Assembly (NCBI GenBank): GCA_002433895.1
Contig: DJJA01000003.1
Coordinates: forward strand, 107,185 to 171,184
Direction: 5' to 3'
Length of the DNA: 64,000 nt
Source of the DNA: Candidatus Gottesmanbacteria bacterium UBA6580
Lineage (GTDB): Bacteria; Patescibacteriota; Microgenomatia; UBA10105; UBA927
The stretch's first letter is position 1, and each line of letters opens with the position of its first letter. The notes under the pieces were generated by a model. That model did not search any database, had not been told where the DNA came from, and saw only the letters and a program-made list of their open reading frames with translations. A program made the translations under genes and the position numbers. Below, piece by piece: positions 21,601 through 29,830 of this stretch.

Positions 21601-22221
21601 ATGCTTGGGTTTTTCTCGAATGAAGAGATGGCGCTCTCACCCAATGACTACACGAAATCGCTGCAAAAGATTATGGAGGTGCGCACCGCTATCGTCGATT
21701 ACTCAGGGCCGGATGCTGCGGAGGCGACCGCAAAAGAAATGTTACGGGTATTTTTTGAGATGAACAGACACAGAAGTCTTGGAAGCATTGCCTGGATACC
21801 GGGACTGACGGGGCTGTTACAGCACTGGGAGCCTGATTTCCGGGGGCTCGAAAACAACAAACTTATGCAGTTGCTGATTGGCAAAGAGCGGTGGCAGCAT
21901 TTAGCGAAAGAAAAGATTTCCCATTGGCCACATTCGGTGGCCGAGGCGATTTCATATTCTACGCGGTACACGGGATCACATGGAAATGTGTGGGATGAGG
22001 CCAAGATGGCGGAAATATTGCACACCGCGCATGATATGGGACTGTTTATTAATCACCCTGAGTACCTCAAGGATCTGGAAAAAGAGTTCAAAACCAGCGC
22101 GACGCACCGGTTGAGTGCGTTGTACCGAAAGTATTGGTGGGTGGTGCTCGCTGCGACGGTTGCTATAGCCATAGAGCGGGCGACGAAGGAGCAGGAGAGT
22201 GGGGGCGGAGGAGGACATTAA
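18610..22221 (+). CDS. Large hypothetical protein (1203 aa), charged/helical, C-terminal hydrophobic anchor
   Basis: Long uninterrupted ORF; no recognised motif; ends YWWVVLAATVAIAI..GGGGH. Confidence 0.8.
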   Translation: MANEELFKRLSEAAKKAAEGGGQPKPPEAPPPPEAPEVKLGEHNKQAGAKEVNKERVANLAAKLAEATSETTKRLVGSEVDFPTDERVFSVIESLITADESQLADPEYMRGIGQQLVALAKESGLTSPTAVEARRYLRKIVAEHPSLSDLQYEAVPIIAGGSGKPDEEANDEATVDKDPELTQEVGRLFNETADTDLKDTAIASDLQELQYRFRVDPGAAYDSRLTDDAVRRMVEKGRREGLDPKLVQKAVERVRYFERFTDLRHQKYQEKLRGGRSVAWSEIMENSPQKSLHEPDDVFTDFRSMPPADVETIIQGDEGEAKWYFDFIDQIYSMGREETRPSLTHEQRFQEFKDYLVWKYGSEYHIAVQMYQKHWDSRGQYEYAVKGLMYNPGDVKDRLKAMSLLQGADLDHLYKNFDHSNEAYSLYEHVLFELMATKRAKYGEALKYLREDITWNGKTMKREDILKELKAKQRMEGYDPTKGKTQSPLSIEDQRLMHEIQQQMDLAAEGVMLWDDDVQSYTELHITLTKLRNSREQLLKKKSAGTALTEKEADQLGEIDRLYQIYSHREEMLNENFTQELLETRGLSPVDIEVRKRLVGYLKAQHPEDPNYKPAEYEVRMALWASRTAMIGSGRMAMIGAMMSVPPAVEYGTSSGKHVMRAPAFEDIQRIFNPETFATRFNIGGDMGITARSIFRKNLMRTKGINPKEPGWFKKMSGAAESLGRKFKLTKTKEWHEAKHHEHDKQRQQSMETWEFAEDATGISFSELLGPGFMASGGFYDGTAWRLEKGVADELRGKMLSLKKLPENAALLDNQALSIQLLTAGNAAERKPILDRMLRRNPSKFLELLEEDTERILTKNKVTHEEWKKFKEALSLAELKMAHEKDWQFARIDLAEKKDFDALVVPYLNILKLDPARSESLRQVIVDMQAEIYRGRKVDASGGTFNNKMDAIAALKLPLTMSLTDFDWKESNFYQLGTVAMHRRIRDVGAQMRARDAMLGFFSNEEMALSPNDYTKSLQKIMEVRTAIVDYSGPDAAEATAKEMLRVFFEMNRHRSLGSIAWIPGLTGLLQHWEPDFRGLENNKLMQLLIGKERWQHLAKEKISHWPHSVAEAISYSTRYTGSHGNVWDEAKMAEILHTAHDMGLFINHPEYLKDLEKEFKTSATHRLSALYRKYWWVVLAATVAIAIERATKEQESGGGGGH

Positions 22222-22264
22222 GAACGCCTCTGTGTTGTGAAGCTGTTGGGCGCGTTTCCCATTT

Positions 22265-23872
22265 TTAGTGGCCGCTGCCACCACCAGTAATGGAGCTGAG
22301 GCCTTTATCAGCGCCCTCACGCGCAATTTGCATCGGCGTTCTCGCTTCCGGCTTGTGGCGGAATGCGCTTGCGATAAAGCTCGCCTGATATCCTAGGTTA
22401 AATAGCGTGCCGACTCCTGATCCCAACGGGCCAACGATAGGTCCGATGCCGCCCGGTACGACCGGTTCTGCCTTAAGTGATTTCTGTAGTCCGGCAACAA
22501 TCGTCGGGATAACCATAAGCATGCCTAGGCCTATAAGACCCGCCATGCCATATGTTCCTTCACCCGTTGAAAGTAGGGGAGGCGCCCAAATAGATGTTGC
22601 GGTGTCCTGAGACGTAAGCACCGCGGTGATGAGGAGTAAGAGCACAGTGATAGGAAATACCAGAATTTTTGATAACAAGTTCCGGAACCACGAGTTAAAC
22701 GCGTTTGTTCCAGGAATTGCCTCCATCATCAGCTGGAACGGGGCGGTGAGCAAGGCGATAATGATGTTAATGTAGGCGTCCAAAAGCATAAAGATAAGCC
22801 GGATGACGCCGAAAAGCAAAATGATAAGGAAGATAACCGCAAGCAGCACCGGGCCGCTTGTTAATCCTAATAATGCCCCGCGTAAACCAAACATATAGCC
22901 AATAACTCCGGGAACCACTGTCCAGCCAGCCACTTTCATCGGATCATTCTGTGTAATCATGGTTCCGATATCGTCATATGCCTGAAAGCCGCTGGCAAAA
23001 AAGAACCGTAGGAGCCCGCTAACGCCACCGTTTAAAAGCAGTCCCGTGGCGTTATCCGGATCTGATGTTGTTGATGGAGCAGAAAAGCTCGGCGGCAATA
23101 AATCGATGTTGAGCGTAGTTGCGAGACTTAATAGTCTACCAAGGTTTCCACCTGACGCGCTGTCTACCGCGGAAGCTGAAAGCACGATGGCAAGATACAT
23201 AAGGTCAATCATGGCTCCTACTATGGCATAGGAGAAGGTGACGAGTCCCAACGCTATGACAATTCTCGGGATGGCATTTTGCACGGTAACCACAGTTTTC
23301 GGGTCAATTTTTTTCCGGAACATCACCATGAAGCCAACGACAATTATAATTGCGGCAAGCAGCGCGTAGGCGATGTTCCGAAATGTTTTCCAGAGAGGTA
23401 GCATGCTTTGGAGTCCGGAAAAACCAATGCCCTGCGCTTCTGCTTTGGGCGGCATAAATCCGAGCGTTCTCCCGACGTCCGCAATATATTCCGAGCTCCG
23501 TGCGGGAGGGTGTTGATACATCGCAAGCGTGCTCCGAGCCATGCCTGCAAGCGCGCTTTTTTGATAGCTTAGTCCGATAGGACAATCCGGATATGCAGCG
23601 TCACAGAGTCCGCGAAATCCCACGAGGAGTTGTACCTGGGCGATAGTGGAAGTGCCGGCGTCCCCAACTTGTTTATTAAGTGCTCCCACTTCCGCGGCCT
23701 TCATAAATCCTGCGATGACGCAGTTTACGTCCATAAACCATGTTGCATCATCACATTCATTTGCTGTTGTGGTGGCGCTATCTGCTCCTTGTGCCAGAGC
23801 GGGCACGGGAATAGCAAGAAATACCACAGCGGCAACAATGAACGCCCAAACATACGTTTTGATACGCGACAT
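22265..23872 (-). CDS. Polytopic membrane protein, VirB6/TrbL-like
   Basis: Signal peptide (ALA-Q), LWKTFRNIAY..GFMVMFR, several TMs; directly downstream of pilin array. Confidence 0.65.
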   Translation of the reverse strand: MSRIKTYVWAFIVAAVVFLAIPVPALAQGADSATTTANECDDATWFMDVNCVIAGFMKAAEVGALNKQVGDAGTSTIAQVQLLVGFRGLCDAAYPDCPIGLSYQKSALAGMARSTLAMYQHPPARSSEYIADVGRTLGFMPPKAEAQGIGFSGLQSMLPLWKTFRNIAYALLAAIIIVVGFMVMFRKKIDPKTVVTVQNAIPRIVIALGLVTFSYAIVGAMIDLMYLAIVLSASAVDSASGGNLGRLLSLATTLNIDLLPPSFSAPSTTSDPDNATGLLLNGGVSGLLRFFFASGFQAYDDIGTMITQNDPMKVAGWTVVPGVIGYMFGLRGALLGLTSGPVLLAVIFLIILLFGVIRLIFMLLDAYINIIIALLTAPFQLMMEAIPGTNAFNSWFRNLLSKILVFPITVLLLLITAVLTSQDTATSIWAPPLLSTGEGTYGMAGLIGLGMLMVIPTIVAGLQKSLKAEPVVPGGIGPIVGPLGSGVGTLFNLGYQASFIASAFRHKPEARTPMQIAREGADKGLSSITGGGSGH

Positions 23873-23909
23873 AGTGTAATTATCCGTGATACATTCCGCT
23901 AAAGTCAAT

Positions 23910-24221
23910 CTACTGGGTTATTGTAAAGTCGGTAACTGTGACACCAGTAAATTTTTCTATAGTGAGAATAATAAGATAGGCGACCGACATAAGAATTATT
24001 CCTGCGATGGCCTGGGTGACTGATCCTTTGGCTGCCTCTAGCTTTTTTTGGTCGCCGGCAGAAAACAGGAAATTAAATCCGCCAACAAGAAGCATGACAA
24101 ATAACGCGACCGCGCCTAGTGATACCACTGCCCGAATAACGCCGGTAACAAGGGGGACAATACATTGAATAGAAGCGACACCTTCGGCTCCCGGTATGTT
24201 TGCGCACGCGTCAGAGTTCAT
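23910..24221 (-). CDS. VirB2/TrbC-like pilin 1
   Basis: Two TMs joined by GGFNFLFSAGDQKKLEAAKGSVTQAIAG. Confidence 0.8.
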   Translation of the reverse strand: MNSDACANIPGAEGVASIQCIVPLVTGVIRAVVSLGAVALFVMLLVGGFNFLFSAGDQKKLEAAKGSVTQAIAGIILMSVAYLIILTIEKFTGVTVTDFTITQ

Positions 24222-24288
24222 ACTGCTATTATACGAGTATCAGAAGAGGGGTGACAAGCACACTTTTCTGTTTTATACGCTTCGTGTT

Positions 24289-24618
24289 TTAGTAAGGCTT
24301 CGGGAAATTAATTGAGCCGCCAATGATCTGGACGCCCAAGAAGTTTTGGACGAGTGTCATAATGGCCCAAGCAGCGCCCACAATGATGAGTCCGACGATT
24401 GCATGGGTAATCTTATTCCGCGCTTCTTCCATGCCTGCCTTGTCGCCACCTGAGGTGATCCATTTAATACCTCCCAAAATGAGGTAAAGAAATGCCAAAA
24501 GCGCTGCGATAATAAGCACGGTTCCGACAAGCGCGCTGATAAGCTTGCCAACATCGGTAATTTTAATGGAATCCGGCTGCTTAATATCTAATGCGGCCTG
24601 GGCAAATACTTTGTTCAT
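24289..24618 (-). CDS. VirB2/TrbC-like pilin 2 (candidate major pilin)
   Basis: GGIKWITSGGDKAGMEEARNKITHAIVGL; own promoter and SD. Confidence 0.85.
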   Translation of the reverse strand: MNKVFAQAALDIKQPDSIKITDVGKLISALVGTVLIIAALLAFLYLILGGIKWITSGGDKAGMEEARNKITHAIVGLIIVGAAWAIMTLVQNFLGVQIIGGSINFPKPY

Positions 24619-24625
24619 AAATGAA

Positions 24626-24682
24626 TCCTTTCGTCAAATCAATACAGCCTTTATTATACCATCATTTACCATTTTTGCGCAA
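24626..24682 (-). promoter_or_regulatory. Promoter and ribosome-binding site of pilin 2
   Basis: Minus strand TTGCGC-N18-TATAAT with extended TG; AAAGGA 7 nt before ATG. Confidence 0.65.
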
Positions 24683-24703
24683 CAAAACAAGATTTGTCAA
24701 TCC

Positions 24704-25048
24704 CTAGTTAGTGATTGTTGGGATAGGGAGATTCGGGAAATCGATACCAAAAAAGTTACCCACAATCATCATGACTGCCCAGGACGCGCCCACCACGACC
24801 AACCCGACGAGCGCGTTGGTAATTTTGTCACGGGCAGACTGAAGCTTTGTTTTGTCGCCGCCACTTGTTACCCAGTCAAATCCACCGAGGAGCATGTAAA
24901 GAAGAGTAGAGATAAACGCCAAGATAAGGAATAAACCAACAAGCGCGCTGATCAACGAACCGATAGCCAGCGGACCCACTTCGTTGCCGCCTTGCCCGAG
25001 ATTACCGGGAAGAACGGGATTGACGATTTGTGCGAGGTGTCTATTCAT
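24704..25048 (-). CDS. VirB2/TrbC-like pilin 3
   Basis: GGFDWVTSGGDKTKLQSARDKITNALVGL. Confidence 0.85.
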   Translation of the reverse strand: MNRHLAQIVNPVLPGNLGQGGNEVGPLAIGSLISALVGLFLILAFISTLLYMLLGGFDWVTSGGDKTKLQSARDKITNALVGLVVVGASWAVMMIVGNFFGIDFPNLPIPTITN

Positions 25049-25050
25049 GG

Positions 25051-25416
25051 TTATTGGTTCGGACTGAGTAGTTCCATCAATCCGCTCGGATCAGACAGTG
25101 TGAAGTCAAAACCAAAGAATGTGCTGGCAAGCGCAAGTATTGCCCAGCCAGCGACAACCACGATAAGCCCGACAAACGAGTTGGTAAGCCGGTCTTTTGA
25201 GCTTTGGAGCTTTGCTTTATCTCCGCCGGAGTTAATCCAATTAAATCCTCCAATGACAAACTGAAATAGAAACCATATACCGGCAGCGACGGTCATGATG
25301 CCAATAACAGAAGACACAACCTTGGTAATGCCGGTAAGCCCGTCTCCTGGCGCGTTGCCGAAAGGCCCCAAGCCTTCACCGCCAATTTGTCCTAATTCAA
25401 GCGCTAAGTATTTCAT
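25051..25416 (-). CDS. VirB2/TrbC-like pilin 4
   Basis: GGFNWINSGGDKAKLQSSKDRLTNSFVGL; start at ATG 25416. Confidence 0.85.
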   Translation of the reverse strand: MKYLALELGQIGGEGLGPFGNAPGDGLTGITKVVSSVIGIMTVAAGIWFLFQFVIGGFNWINSGGDKAKLQSSKDRLTNSFVGLIVVVAGWAILALASTFFGFDFTLSDPSGLMELLSPNQ

Positions 25417-25417
25417 G

Positions 25418-25777
25418 TTATTCGTTTGGCCCGTAAATTGTCGGATTGAGAATAAAATCCGCCCGTCCAAATATGAGATGCCCAAATAGCGAAGCTATGG
25501 CAAATGATCCAACAATGATAACGAGACCTAAGAGTGATTGCCATATGCGGCTCCATGCCTCAGCAAGTTTTTTGCTGTCGCCCGCGGCGTTCATGTAGTT
25601 GTAACCGGCGATGATGAAATTAAAGAGTGCATATATGCCTGCGGCGACAAATGCCAAGCGGAGGATGTTCGTGATAAACATGCCGACCGCACCGGTTTGT
25701 ATGCTGCCATACCCGGTGCCCGACAACGGGCTTTCTATTGATCCGACGATGTCTCCAACTTGCGCCAATTCTTTCAT
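25418..25777 (-). CDS. VirB2/TrbC-like pilin 5
   Basis: AGYNYMNAAGDSKKLAEAWSRIWQSLLGL. Confidence 0.85.
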   Translation of the reverse strand: MKELAQVGDIVGSIESPLSGTGYGSIQTGAVGMFITNILRLAFVAAGIYALFNFIIAGYNYMNAAGDSKKLAEAWSRIWQSLLGLVIIVGSFAIASLFGHLIFGRADFILNPTIYGPNE

Positions 25778-25784
25778 ACAATAA

Positions 25785-26090
25785 TTATTGCGGGCTCAGT
25801 ATGTTTAGACCGGTGATGACCTCTATGATTTGTATGATCCAAAATGAACCCAATACGATAAGAAGTCCCGCTATCGCGCCGGTGAGCGCCGTTTTGCCTT
25901 GCTGCGCTTTTTTTGCGTCTCCCGCGGCTACTATAACGTTAAATCCGCCGAAAATCAACAAAATGAAGCTTAAAATACCAGCAAGCATGAAGGCATTTTT
26001 TACGATGGCGGTCACCAGCATGCCGAAGTTGGTCAAATTCGGATTAGGTGCTAATTCCTGTAATGACTGGGCAAACACGCGTTCAAGCAT
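25785..26090 (-). CDS. VirB2/TrbC-like pilin 6
   Basis: GGFNVIVAAGDAKKAQQGKTALTGAIAGL; start at ATG 26090. Confidence 0.82.
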   Translation of the reverse strand: MLERVFAQSLQELAPNPNLTNFGMLVTAIVKNAFMLAGILSFILLIFGGFNVIVAAGDAKKAQQGKTALTGAIAGLLIVLGSFWIIQIIEVITGLNILSPQ

Positions 26091-26158
26091 ACATTCATAT
26101 TTAAGTGTAAGGAATTTGCCCGGGTCAGTCAATTATGCTAAAGTAACCAGATGTTCCC

Positions 26159-26698
26159 ATGAATGACGCAACGCTTATTGCCCGACTATTCGCCCATGAC
26201 CGGCGGGCTGCCGCAGCGTTTTATCAGCAATACGCCCCACAATTGCGCCGCCACATTCTTGCGAAGGTAAAAACCGAAGAGGACGCCGAAGAAATCCTGC
26301 AGGATACGCTTTTTTCATTTTTGGAAGGGCTTAGGGATTTTCAGCAGAAAAGCAGTGTGCGCACATATCTTTTTTCTATTTGCCACCATAAAATTATTGA
26401 TTACTACCGGAGGAAAAAAATAGGGCATTTTGTATTTTCTCAAATGCCACAGCTTGAGATGCTCGTCTCGCCGTTGCTTGGTCCCGAAGCGGAGCTTGAC
26501 GCAACGCTCGTTAAGGAAAAAATACGGCGGGTGCTGGCGCGCATGTTACCGGTTCACCGGCAGGTGCTGATACTTAAATATCTTGATCATGTGTCTGTTG
26601 AAGACATCGCCGAACGGCTCTCCATAACTTTTAAAAGTGCGGAATCGCGGCTCTTTCGGGCAAGACGCGCGTTCGTTGAATTGTTTGTATCGATATAA
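26159..26698 (+). CDS. ECF-type RNA polymerase sigma factor
   Basis: DAEEILQDTL, TYLFSICHHKIIDYYR (region 2); SVEDIAERLSITFKSAESRLFRAR (region 4). Confidence 0.92.
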   Translation: MNDATLIARLFAHDRRAAAAFYQQYAPQLRRHILAKVKTEEDAEEILQDTLFSFLEGLRDFQQKSSVRTYLFSICHHKIIDYYRRKKIGHFVFSQMPQLEMLVSPLLGPEAELDATLVKEKIRRVLARMLPVHRQVLILKYLDHVSVEDIAERLSITFKSAESRLFRARRAFVELFVSI

Positions 26699-26704
26699 AT
26701 ACTT

Positions 26705-26935
26705 ATGAGTGACGCAACGTACCAAAAATTTGTAAAGCGATGGGAAGAAGTAACTGATATTCCGCCGCAGGCACTCGGGCCATTTACCGGAATCTACAAA
26801 CAAATCACCAAAAGGTTGAAAGTGATGCCGTGGCCATGGTTTGTCGCGGCGAGTATTGGCTTTGTCCTGGCGTTGTATGTTCTTATCGGCTCTACGATCA
26901 CCATCCTCACAAGTTTACTTCAGGGCGGTTTTTAG
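26705..26935 (+). CDS. Small single-TM protein, possible anti-sigma factor
   Basis: 76 aa, C-terminal TM, 6 nt after the ECF sigma gene. Confidence 0.55.
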   Translation: MSDATYQKFVKRWEEVTDIPPQALGPFTGIYKQITKRLKVMPWPWFVAASIGFVLALYVLIGSTITILTSLLQGGF

Positions 26936-27009
26936 GATTATTGTGGGTATATCATTCCTGTAATAAGGCAACAGCGCGGGTTTTTCGTGCTTTCGTGCGA
27001 CTAACGTAT

Positions 27010-27633
27010 ATGGACCTTATTGGTATGCTTGTTGTGGACGCGGTTGCATTTGGTCGTACCGTGGCGGGTTTAATTATCCGTCCGTACGAAACATATCGGC
27101 GCATCATTAAGCACGGGAAGGTTGGCGAGCTTGTTTTTATTGCGGCCGCGATGGTGCTGTATTTTAGCTTGGCAAGCCTTGTAAAGGTGGCTTCTTTCCG
27201 GCCGTTTTTGTTAACGCAGCAATTTACATTGCTGTTGTGGGCATCAGTAAGCGGGGCACTGCTTTCCGTCGGATGTATTTATGTAACTAGCCGGCTGCTT
27301 CGTGCGCGCACCACTTTTGCGACAGTGCTGATTGCGTGGTCTTACACGCTCATCCCGACTATTTTGTGGTTCCTCACGACATCACTGTTATACGTGATTT
27401 TACCGCCTCCCCGTACGACAAGCGCGCTTGGTATTACATTTAGCCTGCTGTTTTTGATATTTAGCGCGACCCTGTTATGGTGGAAAATAACTCTTTGTTA
27501 TCTCACGCTTCGGTTTAGTCTCAAACTTAATTTAGCAAAAAGCGTGCTGGTTGCGGTTCTATGCGCCCCCGTTCTTGCATGGTGGGCAGTGAATATGTAC
27601 CGATGGGGAGTATTTAAAGTGCCATTTTTATGA
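27010..27633 (+). CDS. Yip1-like membrane protein
   Basis: IIRPYETYRRI start motif, AWSYTLIP, five TMs; stop overlaps hmgA start. Confidence 0.6.
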   Translation: MDLIGMLVVDAVAFGRTVAGLIIRPYETYRRIIKHGKVGELVFIAAAMVLYFSLASLVKVASFRPFLLTQQFTLLLWASVSGALLSVGCIYVTSRLLRARTTFATVLIAWSYTLIPTILWFLTTSLLYVILPPPRTTSALGITFSLLFLIFSATLLWWKITLCYLTLRFSLKLNLAKSVLVAVLCAPVLAWWAVNMYRWGVFKVPFL

Positions 27634-28790
27634 ACATACGGGATTATCAATCGGTGGCAAAACGGCGCGAGGCGGTGGCAAAAGAGCTATCCGTTCCGCT
27701 CGAACATATTGGTTCGTTTACGCTTGATGAAGTTGTTGCAAGCACGAAACATTGTGAAAACATGATAGGAATTGCCCAGGTGCCTATGGGGCTTGCCGGA
27801 CCGCTCACTCTTTTTACATCAGAGGGAACGCGCGTTACTCATTATGTGCCGCTTGCGACGACAGAAGCGGCGCTTGTGGCATCGGTAAGCCGTGGGTGCA
27901 AGGCGATTACCGCAAGCGGGGGAGCTACCGCAGATAGCCATAGAGTGGGAGCAACCCGCGGACCGGTTTTTAAGGTAAGGAATGTAGCAGAAAACAAAAA
28001 ATTACACGATTATTTGGAGCACAATATGCCGCGCCTCAAACAGGTGGCGGAAAAAACATCCGGTCACCTCACCCTCACAGGGGTGAGTTCCGAAGGGGTG
28101 GGACGTTACCGGTACGTGCGGTTTGTTTACGACACACAGGATGCGATGGGGTTAAATATGGTAACTATTGCGACCGACGCCGCTTCAAAGCTCATCGAAG
28201 AGGAAACCGGGGCCGAGTGTGTTGCGCTTTCAGGCAACTTTTGTGTAGACAAGAAACCGTCCTGGAAAAATTTTGTTGAGAACCGGGGCATTAAAGTATG
28301 GGCTGAAGTAGTGCTTACCGAATCCGTGCTCCGTGATGTGCTCAAGACTGACGCCAAACGCGTATATGAAACATGGCTTGCAAAGTGTATGTTGGGAAGC
28401 GCGATGAGCGGATCAATGGGGTTTAATGCACAATACGCTAATATTATAGCCGCTCTTTTTATTGCGACCGGTCAAGATCCCGCGCATACCGTCGAGGGAA
28501 GCGTGGGTATTACCACCGCAGAGGTGATAAACGGTGCCGACCTTTACGTGAGCATATACCTGCCGGATCTTATGGTTGGCACTATTGGTGGAGGCACTGG
28601 ATTAGCAACGCAGAAAGAGGCATTAGGAATTTTGGGGGTTACCGGGGGGACAGGTGGCGAACATGCGACCCGGTTTGCTGAAATTATCGGCGCCACGGTA
28701 CTCGCGGGAGAAATATCATTATTGAGTTCTTTGGAGCAGGGCACATTGGCGCGTGCGCACAGTAAGCTTGCGCGAGGAAAAATTATATGA
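27630..28790 (+). CDS. hmgA: HMG-CoA reductase, class I (NADPH)
   Basis: CENMIG, VPLATTE, DAMGLNMV, LSGNFCVDKK, TGQDPAH, VGTIGGGT. Confidence 0.95.
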   Translation: MNIRDYQSVAKRREAVAKELSVPLEHIGSFTLDEVVASTKHCENMIGIAQVPMGLAGPLTLFTSEGTRVTHYVPLATTEAALVASVSRGCKAITASGGATADSHRVGATRGPVFKVRNVAENKKLHDYLEHNMPRLKQVAEKTSGHLTLTGVSSEGVGRYRYVRFVYDTQDAMGLNMVTIATDAASKLIEEETGAECVALSGNFCVDKKPSWKNFVENRGIKVWAEVVLTESVLRDVLKTDAKRVYETWLAKCMLGSAMSGSMGFNAQYANIIAALFIATGQDPAHTVEGSVGITTAEVINGADLYVSIYLPDLMVGTIGGGTGLATQKEALGILGVTGGTGGEHATRFAEIIGATVLAGEISLLSSLEQGTLARAHSKLARGKII

Positions 28791-29830
28791 TCGGTATCGT
28801 ATCCTATGGTTCATATATACCGCGTTGCCGTATTCCGATTGCGGATATCGCCCGCGCATGGAAAAAAGATGCTAAAGAAGTGGTCCATTCGTTGGGTCTT
28901 ACGGATAAATCAGTGCCCGCGTTTGATGAAGACGCCGCCACGATCGCAATCGAGTCAGCACTATCGTGTTTCGCGCCATTTCATGGCGATCCAACCGATA
29001 TCGACGTGTTATTTGTCGGGAGCGAGAGTCATCCGTACGCCGTTAATCCAACATCAACCATTGTCGGGGAGTTGTTAGGGTTGGGGAATGCCTATCTTGC
29101 CGCTGATTTGGAGTTTGCCTGTAAGGCGGGAACCGCTGCCATGCAGGCAATCGCCGGCTTAGTGGCTGCGGGGCACGCGAAATACGGACTGGCGATCGGC
29201 GCTGACACCGCACAGGGCAAGCCGCATGATTTTTTGGAGTATACGGCGGCAGCCGGAGGAGCTGCTTTTTTGTTGGGAAGTGACCATGTCGCCGCGCGTC
29301 TTTTGGCAGACACTTCCTATTCATCAGACACGCCTGATTTTTGGCGTAGGGATGGTATGCGCTATCCGTCACATGCAGGCAGATTTACGGGAGAGCCCGC
29401 GTATTACAGTCATGTTATGGGCGCCGCGTCACGATTATTTGAGATGACGGGCACAACCGCAGCCGATTACGATTACTGTATTTTTCATATGCCAAACGGC
29501 AAATTCCCGCGGGAGGTGGCAAAACGCCTGGGATTTTCCCGGGAGCAACTCGAGCCGTCACTGCTTGTTGATCATATTGGAAACGCTTATAGCGCAACGA
29601 CGATGTTGGCACTTTCCGCAGTGCTTGATATTGCCCGTGCTGGCCAAAAAATATTTATGGTTTCGTATGGCTCAGGGGCGGGGAGCGACGCGTTTGTATG
29701 GGAGACAACGAGTGAGCTAAATAAAATACAGCAAGTGAGGGAGAAAAAAACATTACGCGTCTCTGATGCCATTAGCAAAAAAACATACGTTGATTATATC
29801 CAGTTTTTAAAATTAACCCATAAATTATGA
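28787..29830 (+). CDS. HMG-CoA synthase, archaeal-type
   Basis: GSESHPYAV, EFACKAGT, DTPDFWRR, FHMPNGKFP, VSYGSGAGSD. Confidence 0.93.
   Translation: MIGIVSYGSYIPRCRIPIADIARAWKKDAKEVVHSLGLTDKSVPAFDEDAATIAIESALSCFAPFHGDPTDIDVLFVGSESHPYAVNPTSTIVGELLGLGNAYLAADLEFACKAGTAAMQAIAGLVAAGHAKYGLAIGADTAQGKPHDFLEYTAAAGGAAFLLGSDHVAARLLADTSYSSDTPDFWRRDGMRYPSHAGRFTGEPAYYSHVMGAASRLFEMTGTTAADYDYCIFHMPNGKFPREVAKRLGFSREQLEPSLLVDHIGNAYSATTMLALSAVLDIARAGQKIFMVSYGSGAGSDAFVWETTSELNKIQQVREKKTLRVSDAISKKTYVDYIQFLKLTHKL

Noticed and set aside
8583-26090. Integrative conjugative element or prophage
   Set aside because: No integrase, relaxase, att repeats or phage structural genes seen; housekeeping genes are interleaved.
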